A DNA stretch of 64,000 nt from Tubulanus polymorphus (taxonomy: Eukaryota; Animalia; Nemertea): positions 16,306,110-16,370,109 of the forward strand of contig NC_134030.1 of assembly GCF_964204645.1 (NCBI RefSeq). Reading direction: 5' to 3'. Numbering within the stretch: the stretch's first letter is position 1; every line of letters begins with the position of its first letter. A model generated the notes under the pieces. The model ran no database searches. It saw only the letters and a list, made by a program, of their open reading frames with translations, and was not told the DNA's origin. Both the position numbers and the translations under genes were made by a program. Below are positions 47,481-60,036 of the stretch, in pieces.

Positions 47481-49577
47481 CATCTCAAGGAGTGCTTCGA
47501 CAGCGTCATACAAAATGCGCTTTGGATTGGCTAAGACACTAGATCAATCGATAGAAGGCGAATTTGGTGACTGTTTCTTCTCACTGAACGTAGATGAGGC
47601 TACGAGTAAATCAAACAAGAAAATTTTGACTATTTTGGTTTCGTATTACAGCAAGATTGAAAAGCAGGCCGTTGTTAAACATTTAGCATCCAAAAACATG
47701 ATAACAGTTGATTCCGAATCTGTATACAAAGCAGTTGTTGAAGTTTTCAACGATCGCCATTTATCATCACATCATCTGATGTCAATTCTTCTTGACAGTT
47801 GCAGTGTTATGCATGGGAGTAAGACTGGATTCGAAACACGAGTGCGATCCAATTTGCCCCACACCTATTGGACATAGACGGAGATAGCCTTCATCATGTC
47901 CACAATGCTGCCAAAAAATATACTCAGAATATGATTGGTTTGTTGAAAAATTAATTTCGGACATTTGTTGTGACATTAAGTACTCGAAGGATATCGAAAA
48001 ATGTAGCTAGAACAACTGTAGCTAGAATTTTTGGTATGAATTACACACAACCCAGAAACGTTATGTCCAGACGAGGTGGTTGTCGGTACACGATGCGGCA
48101 TGCGATTTGCAAAGAAAGCTCAACATCTACGGTCTACTGTATTTTGGTTTTTTTCCAGTCAACATGCATGTCAACTACTTAGCGATTTGTGTTGCTGTGG
48201 TATCTCAGAAAATGATCGAAAAACAATAAGGAATTTACATCACTGCTGGAAAGTATAAACGACTTACTGCTGATGGGCGAGCTAGGAGAGCTGCATCACC
48301 GATAAGCTTTTTGTGCAGATAAACAGGTCATGCTAGATATTATTTAAGATTATGATATTTTGCTTCACAGCTCCGCGGAAAAGATCGTCATGATTTATAT
48401 TTTCACAGCGTGTTGTTATTCACGTCTTTTAGTAATATAGGCCTTTTAAACAGGTAACTTTTGGTAGCAAAGTATTGTAATCTTTCTTATAAATCATTTT
48501 TATTTTAGGCTGAAACTGTACATTAACTTTTATCTCTTTGTGCTACCCTTAATGAAGCGATACGTGCTTATGTTTCAGAAGACCGAACCAATGGTAGGTC
48601 TGCTCAATGACGAACAGGTTGCATTATACCGTTAGTTTCTCGCGCTATTTGTTGACCCATCTGCCATCTGCAATACCGAAAGTAGATGCAAAACTTCTAG
48701 AAATAGACATTGATGCAAATATTTTGAGCAATAAATTGATTTTCTTTGGTGAAACTGCGAAATCAGTACTAGCGGGAAATAAGGATCTGGCAGGTGGTTT
48801 CTACCTTTGTGCTAAACGAGCATACAAAGAAACAGCAAAACACTTGACCAAAAAATGTCTATCAACAATGAATTGCTACGAGCAATATACACGATTGACC
48901 CTAGATGTCATGGTTCAAAGGTCACATTGGCCGAAATGAAAAAGCTGCCAAAATTAGTGACAAATGTAATTGCGCCACAAGAACTTGATACGTATAACAT
49001 GCAGGTTCATCAGTACTGTGCCAACAAAACGTTGCCACCTGCAACCGATACTGATGGCAATTATGTCAGAATTGATCAATGGTGGACGGAGGTAAATTCA
49101 ATCCAAAAATATGAACATCTCTATCGAATGATTTTCGCGATTTTATCGTGCTTGAGTTGCCCGGTTGTAGAAAGTAGCTTCAGCATTCTTGGTGATCTTC
49201 TGAATACTCTGACAACGAGATTGAATATAGAAACCATCAATGCTATCCAGACTTTCAAATACCCACTAAACAAACCTGCTGTTCAACATTTTCACAGGCA
49301 ATGACGTCATGTACGACCCTGTAGATGAAAATTTGGTGAGAAACATCCAAAATTCTGCTGGATGTTACAAGGCTGAGCTGACAGAAAAGAAATTGGCAGA
49401 GTCCAGGAAAGCCATCGAAAACTTTCAACGAAGAAATGTCGGGAACATGTGATAGAATCATGAAGGAAATCGAGGGAGGCTCACTTAGCTGCCAACAGTG
49501 TCGCCCAAAACCGTGGCGAACGGAAGAGGCATCTGGAATTACTCGCCGAAAAAGTTTCAGCTAAAAGACAGAAGTAA
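47481..49577 (+). pseudogene. hAT-family transposase pseudogene
   Basis: FSLNVDEAT, ILLDSCSVMHG, DIDGDSLHHVHNAAKK and C-terminal IDQWW..Y.HL...VESSFS dimerisation-type region; many frameshifts. Confidence 0.8.
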
Positions 49578-51177
49578 GACGATGATCTCTAGGGTGAGAT
49601 CGTAAAGTCGTGTTTATTATATATTTTAGATTGTTCGAATAAATAAATTCTTGATTTTTAATTCTTTTAATCTGTAGATAGTGGGTTTTAATCTTTTTAT
49701 CCATTCACCACGTTTGAGTGTGGTTATCGTACTAAGGGGCTAACTTTAGACACGTGTATAGATGACATGGACTCTACGACTTTAAAGTGTTTGTCTATGT
49801 GAAATAGCAGTGTAAGCTCTGCTTTTTGTAATTCTAGAATTAAAGTGAATAAATATCAGTTTGTCAAATTATTACAGTCAAATTACGAATTAATGATATA
49901 GTGGGTGCCTTCTTTTCCTCGGACATGAATCGTCGGGGCGCCTCACACAACATGGTATGATAAATTTCTAACGGATGATTGATATAGCATTTCACCAAGA
50001 ACTTTTGGCAATAAGACCCTATCCACCAAGAAACACTGATAATTTATTGTACGAAGGACTGATTAAATGTTCCGAAAGCTAGGCTTTAAAAATGGTACCT
50101 TGTTTTTCCACTGCTGAGTTTAAAAGTTGACCCGGCCGGCCGCCTGTCTACCCTGTACAGTACTCTTTTTTCATGATCAGGCTAACAATATCAGACCCGG
50201 CAGCTATAGAAATAAACTGATAATAAAATTTTATAGGAATTTACAAAATTTACAAAAACCCGGCCGCTGCGGAGTAGCTAAGTATACTTTTTTAGCCAAA
50301 ATATTTATGGGACTCGAAACCAACAGAAAATACATGTACAGTCATAGATGGCGCAACCAACTGGCAGCTCTGTAAACGGTGGTTTTGTGTATTTCTATGG
50401 CCCACTGCGTCTAGAGCACCCCAAATTTACACAATTTTCTGGGGGAGGGCCCTAAGACCCCCCTTTAGTGGCTTTGCGCCTTTGGTGCTCGCTTCCTGGA
50501 CATAAGTTTTTAATTCCTATATTTCTTTTATCCTCCTTTATGATCCCTGTTCGAGGTTTTTTATGGCCTAATAGAAGGAAAAAATTTGGACCTGGAAAAT
50601 AATATACGATAAAAGTGAATCTATGGAAAATCTAACTTCGTTACATCCGAGGTAGACTGTATAATTATTTTTAGTCGAAGTATATAAGCAGGATGCAAAT
50701 TGCAATACCGGTAGCTGTGTACTTTTTGTATGTACTGGTACTGTAGAATTGTCCTGCGTGCTGAGAAATAGGGTACTGGACTAAATGTGGTCATGTACTG
50801 CATGCGTACTGGACCCATTCCAGGCGCCGTACTCGTAGTTGCGTAACCCCACCAGGGCCATACTGAAATGGTATTGTCACACCTGTTTTTTGTTAACTTT
50901 ATCAAATCACGCAAATATTTTATACACTATGTTCGATTTATTGTGATAAATTTGCTGTTTCAGAAGTACTTACCGCCTACAAAATCTACTGGGATCCATG
51001 GGCTTGGTTGATTGTGGGACCAATGCGATGTGGGACTAATAACACGTGGGACGAATGACACATGAAACAAATTGAGGAACCAATGAGATGAGGGACTAAT
51101 GACATGTGGGACCAACAGCATTCTTCCAATGGATTAAGCTATCTTTTATGCTATGTGTTGCTTGACACTATTTTCAG

Positions 51178-51318
51178 GATGATCTTTCATTACAAGTTCC
51201 GGACAAGTTTGATCTGTATTTGAAACTGCCCTCTATTGTCGATGATACTGCGGCTAGTGCAAGATATAACCCAAAGAGGTCGCTGCTTACAGTTACTCTA
51301 CCTCAAGAAAAGCAATGA
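51178..51318 (+). CDS. PIH1D2: PIH1D2 coding exon 4 (terminal)
   Basis: TTTTCAG acceptor; DDLSLQVPDKFDLYLKLPSIVDDTAASARYNPKRSLLTVTLPQEKQ* completes the CS domain. Spliced CDS is 1023 nt (340 aa). Confidence 0.92.
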   Translation, partial: DDLSLQVPDKFDLYLKLPSIVDDTAASARYNPKRSLLTVTLPQEKQ

Positions 51319-54300
51319 GTTTGGAGCTGAGAGCCTAGAAATAACTGACACATGGCAGAGAAAAACTGAAAATGAACAGTTATTGCTGATTCCAGTTTCG
51401 GATCTACACTTAGATTTTGTGCAGGTATCAATTTGCAGTTTGAGCCCATAACATAACGCATTCATCATTGTAATTGTTAAGTGTGGGCAATCACTTTTTA
51501 GCTCCGCCGTGACCGAAGATCAGCAGAGCTGATGGGTAAGGGGCTTAGCTGTAGTCGTCAATCCGTTCGTTCGGGCGCTGTCTACTTTTTCTTCAAATAG
51601 CTACTAGTCCTACAGGTTTAACCAGATCAATTCCACATTTGGTATGGACCAAGACCTACAAAGCTACAGAGCCATATTAAGATTGTTCCCTCAGAGGCAC
51701 CCTTAGGGTTGGAGCTTCTATTTCTTCAAATTGCTCCTAGGATCTTATCCCAGATCAATTCCAAGATTGGTATGGATATTCTTTGGACCAATACGTACAA
51801 AGTACAGAGCCCTGTTTATGGACCTTCGCTTTGAAACTTTCTTCCTTTGGTACAAAATAACTTCCGAACAAGGCTTAGTTTCTCTTCGGAACTTTTAAAA
51901 CATTCAATGCAGTAATAAAAGTTCTAACCCAATTGAATTTTTTCGGAATCCGTTGCTTATTTATCAATTTAGTTATTAATTTGTTGTTGGAACTACATTT
52001 CCTTTCGGAAGAACACATGCCCTTTTACGTAAATTCATGCTTCACACACGTGGTAGACAAATATACTCTGCTATATGATGTATTGATCTCTGCATGTATA
52101 TGAAAAACGTGCGTCGCGCGTGGCCTAGTTAAAGTTTTCCTGGAAACTGCAAATGATTCAACTGCCAGGGTTCGTCGCGGCTGGCGGTAAAAGTAGTTGA
52201 TTTTATGGAAGGGCAGTAAAATTGGGAACTTGGAAATTGTTCAATTTACGAAAATAAACTGTCTAACAAACTCGTACACAGTGTATAGAAATTCATGATG
52301 AATCGTCCATGCTGTTGTGTGTGATGGAGATCGTATCAATAGACAAATTTTCCTGAAAACTTCTGGATTCAATCGAGGGGGGACATCTTAGGCTTTTTTG
52401 ATTACTTGGAGTACGGATTCTCTGAAATTCTGCCTAAACACTTCATGCCGAAGATAGGTAGGCCTATGCATTTCCATTCAAAATTCGAAACGTTTTTTTC
52501 TCGATATTTTCGGCTTCCTTATTTTTCATCTAATTACATGTATCTGTGAAAAGTTGGTCTTCTCTCAGCATTTGAATTCAATCCAATAGTTTTTAACTAT
52601 TTTTAATTTGTTCTACTTATATTGTTATACTATAATCTCTAATCTAGAGTACCAATGTAATTTTGATCTGTGCTGATTAAACATGCTCATGTAAATTTAG
52701 GAAAGTCCATATTAAGAATTTCGTTAATTGTTGTTTGGATTTTGCCAGAAGGTATGAATCAATAATTGGAAATAATTGCGACCTATCATAGGCCTACATG
52801 TAGTCCCTTTGGTCGAACATAGATGTTCACATGGGGGGGGGGGGGGGGTAAGGTAAAGGACATTTAGAGGTTATTTACAAAACAACAGTATCGGTGTATT
52901 ATATGTTGTCCAATTGTTGCCGATAAAGTAAATTTGTACTTATTATGATGTTTTATTAGAATTATGATTGAAAATCGTTCTGCACCGAAGTGGGCGGTAT
53001 ATCAGGGGGCACTTCATCAAAAACCTAGCAATACGTGGTTTAGACTGACTGAGAGCGGATCGGCATGTCGCAAAACGTCTCTAGCCTGCCGAACAAGTGG
53101 ATTTTTTTTCTTGAAAGCGCGTGAGGGATTTTCTTAATGGAAAATGCATTCCACCAGTCATGAGTGAATTTATACAGAAACTGCACTCAGATACTATTAC
53201 TTTCTATCGATTTTCTATTCCATACGGGGAATCCTCTGTTGTAGTAGGCTTCGATCCTCATCCACTACTTGCCAATTTCAAACATATCTGTCTTTAACCA
53301 TGTGGACATTGGTCCATTTATTATGAAAGGCAGCTTTCAATAAAACAGGAAATGTCTTTATAGAATAAAATATAAAATGTCTTTATAGAAAACAACTTAA
53401 TAAAACAATAAATGCTTTTCGAGTCAATTTGTGTCTTGAAGAAAATGAAAATATCTTAAATTCACTGATCAGCCAGCCGCGATTATATAAGGGAAGATAA
53501 CTAAACATTTTCAGTATTTTCCCCATAAAACCTTGGAAGGAATGCAGAAAAGAATTAAAACGAGTGAATTTGATTCAAATGATGGGCAAAATGAAAAATA
53601 AACAAACTTGGCAAGTCGATTGAAAGTCAAGACTGAGAGAACAAAAAATTTATTTTTTTTTCTAAATTTGATGAAAACATGGACGACTAAAAGAGATGAA
53701 TTTTAGCTTAATGATTTTCGCAGAATTTCGCCAGCTGGAACCGTACTCAGTACAAATAATGTACAAGTGATTTGAAAATAGCTAAAGCATTTACCGGTAC
53801 CATTTTCTTAAGGCAGTGGATGGTTCCTTGTGTTAAAATGCGTACGTGTGCTTTGATATGATCTAAGTGCCAATGACTCTTTACTCTAAAAGGTTGTCTG
53901 ATTTTTGAAATGTGTTTAGTTTATGTACTGTAATTTATCGAATATTTGAAGTGATAATGATGAATGATATCAACAAAGGGAGTGTAAAATGATGTGTAAA
54001 TTATATATATAATAAATTTAATTTATTAATTGAATTAAAAAATTTTGATTTTCGTTACTTAACCTTTGTCCTTGGTTGGTTGCATTAAGGGACCGTTCAT
54101 ATAGTTCAAATGCGAGCCGTATGATGTGCTTATGAAGCTAATTGCTTTTAATCTAAATGCGCCAAGTTTTCCAGTATTTGATGTAGGTAAATACTAGGCG
54201 CCAGTTGCTCAAAAATTAAAGATAACGGATGAATACCACAGTAACAATGAAGATTTTTAGATTGTCACGTCAATTATCCACTGGTTAACTCCCGAACTTT

Positions 54301-55261
54301 TGAGGAACTGGCCCCAGGTTGACTTCAAAATCCCTGATGAATTTGCTTTACACCAGCCTTTGTTTAACCCTTTTACTTGCTGTACTATAGTTGACACACA
54401 GGCGACACTAGTTCCAAAACCCGGAAGTAATTTCTCATTTTGATATTTGAATTTCGACCTCAAAAACGCCTCCGTAAATTTGATATTTTGATGAAGATTC
54501 AAACATTTAGACTGTAATTAGAAGCATAATATAGGTTTAAACGACGGATATAGTAATCTGCGGTGTCTTTATTTATAAATATTGATAATTTAACACAAAA
54601 TTGTGGGTATTCTGACGTTTTAGGGGGTCTTTTTATGCTGGACCCCTAAAAATGACCCAACCCAGTTGACCCCTCTTTCAAAAACCGGAAATTTAATCTT
54701 TCAGCAACATTTCGTGGCTATGACTATGAACTACTACTTTATGAAGTTTCAATGCCCTATGTCCAATAATTGGGAAGTTATGAGGATTTAATGAGCAAAT
54801 TTCAAATCATCTTGCACACACAGGACTTAACTTAAAGTTGCCGGCAGGTTAAGGGTTAAAATAGAATAACACGCCCTGGACTGTTGTCCGTTTGGGTAAT
54901 GTAACTTAGGTGGCGAAACTTTACATATGTAAGATTTTCTTAAGCAATATACTGAACTTCGCTTAAGGATCTTTGGGGACAAGTGATTTTTATTCGGAAT
55001 GCGAGAAAGGTGACTCAATTTCCCACATCCCCTAAGTGGTCATACATCCTGTACTGTTTGGGGGTCGAGGCACAATATTACTGTATGATGTGATATGACT
55101 AAGTTAATAAATGATATTGCCACAGTGAAGCTAGTGGGGAACTGTACCAATTGAGTATACGGTGTTCAAAAACTTGCGCAAATAACTACATGCATTTGCA
55201 GTGAATTTCAGACGAAATAGATGAAGCCTTCATGGCCGTTTACAAGATGATAGGAATCAGA

Positions 55262-55760
55262 ATTGTCCACCAGGGATCCAGGGACACCGTGCCCACTTGG
55301 GAAGTGGTTTCAAATGCTCAACAATCTAACGATTTCAATATTCAACGCCCCCTGGTGACCATACACAAATCAGTGATCTTGAAACTCACGACAATAATAA
55401 AACAAGTCACAAGCTACAGCAATCGATTGTGATAACAAAATATGCCTAGGTACCAATATGATGTGGAAATAAAAAGTTATTCTTCTATTAATTCAACGCT
55501 CCCGGGTGACCATATACCGAAATTAATGACATTTACTCACAACAATAATATAATGTCATAAGCTACAACTTCGCAATTGATTGTGGTTACAAAATATGCC
55601 TAGGTACCAATATAATGTGGAAATAATACTAAGTTACTCGTATACAAAAACCAATGACGGTTAGGTACGTGGAAATACTAAGTTATTCTACACTTCAATG
55701 CCCCCTGGTGACCATACACCAAAATCAATGACATCGAAACTCACAACAATAATAGAATAT
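55262..55760 (-). mobile_element. 3' portion of a third HINE copy, reverse orientation
   Basis: Reverse complement of the 3' part of the 34991-36442 element, including the palindrome and tandem units. Confidence 0.75.
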
Positions 55761-55989
55761 AGCTGCAAAGCAGCGATAATGGGTTTTCTGCACAGCCTTG
55801 TTCGTATTCTTGATCTTGTCTGCATAGTGTAGACCAACGAATGCGTGTATGCTGACGCAGCCCCACTATACTATGAAAATGAAGGGAATTCAAAATCCTG
55901 TTCAACGGTCACCACGGTTTTATAAAAGGAAGGTCTTCAAACAGTCAATTGGGCTTACTTGAAACCATGTATCATTGGACAGGATTGTT

Positions 55990-57550
55990 AGGCCTTAATT
56001 AGTCTTTATAGATTTCAAAAAGCATTTGATAAGGTACTACATCAGCGATTACTAAACAAGCTATTAGGAAATGGTGTAATGATCATGGGTCGTGTAGCGA
56101 AACTAGCGGATTCCGCCGTACATTGGCGCTAAATTTAAAATCACCTCCCGGATTTCACCGCTCTCCTCCTATCTTTGTATATTATCCTGTTAATGTCTTT
56201 TAGCTGTATTTATTCGGCGAGACCGTGTTGTATCATTTTATAAATGTCCGTGTTTTGTAAATTGGTCGATGTTTCGCGACCGGTTGTTCCGGGTCTGCGT
56301 TGATTCATTTTAACCCTTCTGGTTAAACTGGATTTGTAATTATTACGTATATCTTCTGAGTGCGGGGTTTGAACCCTTTCAACTCGTTTATTACTCAAGA
56401 ACATTTGTCGCTCATGTATATTATACTATTAACTTTGTGATGATATTATAACTATTCTTTACGTATCTTCTTGTGTCCGCCGTGACCTTTTGCAGCCGGC
56501 GCGCGGTTGCCCGGCTCCGCCCTCATCGTCGCTGGAACTCAGCCAACCTCGAAGTCACGTGGCACGCGTGACCAATCACGCAAGTCCGAGCTTTTGTTCC
56601 AGCCAATGAGAGCGCGGGGGGATCGCGCTCTTTTAAGGGCGAGCAGCGCGCGAGATTCAACAACAAACCGTTCACTCGGACTGTCCGTGCAACTTATACG
56701 CTTGCAAGCGCCGTAGAAAACGTAAACGCTAATTCCTGTATTTGACTGCACTTACCAGTGATTATAATGTAAGAACCTGCCCGTCCGTGTCCCCGTGTCC
56801 ACATGCGGGCTCCCGGTCCGCGCTAATTCATTGTAAATAGTTATTTGCCCGGACATTGTCTACGAGTTTATTGATGTTCAGGGTCGGCGTTGTCCCCGGC
56901 GGACGCCGCGTTGTCCTCGGCGGACATGGTTGTCCCCCCTGACGCCGTGTTTGTGTTCGAAATGACCGACTGTGTAAATAGTGTTAAATATAATTGGATA
57001 CTGCAAAATAAAATATATATTAGTTACTAATTCAAAATTAGCATCGGGCCGTTTCTTTTGAGTTATCGTGGACTTGATCGGAGTGAGGAAGAGAGTCAGA
57101 GCAAATTAGTCTAACTTTAGGGCACGAGGAATCCGGTCAGCTGAGGAGAGGCCGGAGTCACGCCGACATTTTGTCCGGCAGAGGGTTCCAGCTGAATTAC
57201 TCGCCTCCAAGAGGAGGACGAGTGGACCCGGACGTACCCACCAACGGTGAATAGGCACGAAGAGATAGGGGTCGCCCCGAGAGGATCCGGGCCGTGTGTG
57301 GAGGCCTAAGTTGGGTGGAGGCGGGACAAGCATAGCTGCGCAGGAGTTGCTGGCCCCCGCGAAATCCAAATATTGCAGAGAAGCTATTTTGATTACCGAG
57401 TCCACGGAATCCGTTACAGTCGCTTAAATGGTTCAGCTTTTTCTACGAACAAAAAAGTGGCCGAAATCAACGGAACTGTGTCATCTTGGAAATAAGATCT
57501 AACCAGTGGAGTAACGCAAGGTAGTATCCTAAGTCTCCTCTTTACTGTCA
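55990..57550 (+). pseudogene. CR1-like LINE RT fragment split by a solo LTR
   Basis: KAFDKVLHQRLLNKL before the LTR and SGVTQGSILS after it. Confidence 0.7.
56093..57418 (+). mobile_element. Solo LTR (Gypsy-like, 1326 bp)
   Basis: TGTAGCG...CGTTACA ends; 4-bp TSD GTCG; two CCAAT boxes (~56573, ~56603), a TATA-like TTTTAAG and AATAAA (~57007). Confidence 0.85.
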
Positions 57551-57779
57551 AATGATATACAGAATAGTCCAAAATGTACAGGACCTGTGAATTTCCAAAA
57601 CGACCCAAACAAGCTGTGTTCCGTACATGGTCAGAAACAAGTCATAATATGGATATACGAAGAAAACCGAGGTTTATATTATTATACGTTCGAGTGAAAA
57701 AGATTATTTTGTTCGATTGAAGATCACTCCTTACTACGGAAGCCCCTAGGTGACATACGAGAAAATTTTTTCACAATTT

Positions 57780-57847
57780 TGACTTATTAAGTCGAATTTC
57801 GACATAATAAGTCGAATTTCGACTTAATAACTCGAAATTCGACTTAG
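57780..57847. repeat. 20-bp palindromic minisatellite
   Basis: About 3.5 copies of GACTTAWTAAGTCGAATTTC. Confidence 0.7.
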
Positions 57848-58070
57848 TTGCAGTATTGACAATGACTGTAATTTCTGTCCCGATGATAACGTTATCAGAT
57901 CCTTATTCGACGCAAAAGACTCTAGCGGTGTCCATATCGGGTTAGAGGGCGCGAGGGTTCTTACTAATTCGTTTATAACGGCCCTCGGTCTACATTTGAT
58001 CACGGACTGATGCAAAAAAAGAAACCTCAGTCAGACTCATTAAATCATTCATCAAAAAGAGATCGTCTAC

Positions 58071-60036
58071 TTGAGATATCACATTCCAGTATTGTATAAT
58101 GTATTACCTATAAAACCTATTTCCTTAAATTTCATGACAAACAATACATATATCGATTGCAAATACTACGATGAGAATAATTTTACGATAGATAAAGTGA
58201 AATTTTCGTTAATTTCTATGAACATCCGTAGTGTAAATTTTGATGGTTTTGTAGATTATCTAAATGTATTAGATGCTAATTTTTCTATTATCTGTTTGTC
58301 CGAAACATGGACAAATGAAGGGAACGATAATGATAGTATGTACAAAATTAATGTTTATCACAGTATTTTCAAAAGTAGAAAAAATGATCAACATGGTGGT
58401 GGTTTGGCCTTATATTTAAAAAATAATTTGATGTTCAAACTTCGGCCAGATTTATCTGGTAATGATAATACGTTTGAATCGCTATTTGTCGAAATTATTA
58501 ATAAAAGAACGAAAATATTATCTTGGGTGTATTATATAGACCACCCGGTTTAAACCTGCGTCAATTTCAGGACGAATTTAACATTTTACTAAACAAAATT
58601 AATAGAGAAAACAAAATTTGTTATTTTCTAGGCGATTTCAATGTCAATTTACTGATGTCGGGTGCACATCATTCTACTGACGAATTTATTAATACTTTAT
58701 TTGCAAATTCATTTCGTCCTTTAATTGACAAACCAACGAGAGTAACAGCTTTATCAGCAACGCTTATTGATAACATATTCTGTAATCATTATCATTGTAA
58801 TTTTTTTTCTGGTATACTATGCACGGATATATCCGATCATTTCCCATATCCGATATATCCGATCATTTTTGTTATAGGTGATGAGTCTGAACCTGTACTG
58901 AGAAAACGGAAAACAAGCGAAACTTTAGTGAGCGCATTATAAATCATTTCCATATACTATTGCATACGGTTGACTGGTCATCAACGTATAACAATTTGAA
59001 CCCCGACTTAGCTTATAAATCTTTTATGGATACATTTAAGGCACTTTATGATGAATCGTTTCCATTCGTGAATTTTAAAAATCCCACCGTAAATCAAAAT
59101 AAACCTTGGCTATCAGCAGGACTTATGAATTCAATTAAGCAGAAAAATCGTTTATATCGTAAATTTTTAAGAAATAATACCGATGAGAAGAAAGACAGAT
59201 ATGTCCATTATAAAAATTCATTGTATAAGCTTTTAAAACGTGCAGAAAAAGATTACTATGCAGAGAGGTTAGTGGCAACAGGAAATAGTATGAAACAATC
59301 TTGGAAAATGATTAACAATATTCTGGGCAAAAAAAAATGAAGGACTACCTGATGCATTTAAAATCAACAACAATCAAGCAAAAATAGATGATAAATCTTT
59401 GATTGCTGATGAATTTAACAAATATTTTGTAAACATAGGATTAAATTAAGCCGAACAAATTCCTGAAACAGGAAAAGATTTCAGAGAATTCTTGAAAAAT
59501 CCTCCTGGTGAAAACTTGTTCTTCTTTCCAACTACACCCAACGAGTTAATAAATATAGTAAATAAATGCAATGCTAATAAAGGGACGGGTATTGATGAAA
59601 TTAATATGAAAGTTATCAAGAGTGTAATAGATTTAATTAAGGATCCCCTATGTCATATCTTTAATCAAAGCCTACTAACTGGAATTATACCGGATGACCT
59701 AAAGATTGCAAAAGTTCGACCCCTCCACAAAAGCGGTGATACTGAATTATTTAATAATTATCGTCCAATATCGATCTTGCCTTTTTTTCAAAAATTTTAG
59801 AAAAAATTGTGTATTACCGAATAATTTCCTTTTTTGGTAAATTTTTGATTATAAATCCAAATCAATTTGGCTTCAGAAAAAAATCATTCTACTGATATGG
59901 CATTAATTGAAATAGTCGATGAAATTCTAGATAATTTGGATAATAAAAAAACAACAATTGGTGTCTATTTAGACCTGTCTAAAGCATTCGACACTGTAAA
60001 TCACAGCATTTTATTAGATAAATTAAATTTCTATGG
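58071..60036 (+). pseudogene. CR1/L2-group LINE ORF2 (APE endonuclease + N-terminal RT), frameshifted
   Basis: MNIRS, LSETW, GGG.ALY, YRPP, GDFN, PTR..TLID, SDH; RT motifs [24 protein letters not shown]. Cut at 60036 by the Gypsy LTR. Confidence 0.92.

Larger units (their letters stand above)
45829..50610 (+). mobile_element. Degenerate hAT DNA transposon in the last PIH1D2 intron (right end uncertain)
   Basis: CAGGGTTC start followed by CCTTGAA subterminal repeats; transposase remnants inside. No clear right TIR. Confidence 0.6.

Noticed and set aside
52832-52847. Poly-G run as a functional G-quadruplex
   Set aside because: Isolated homopolymer; simple repeat or sequencing artefact.
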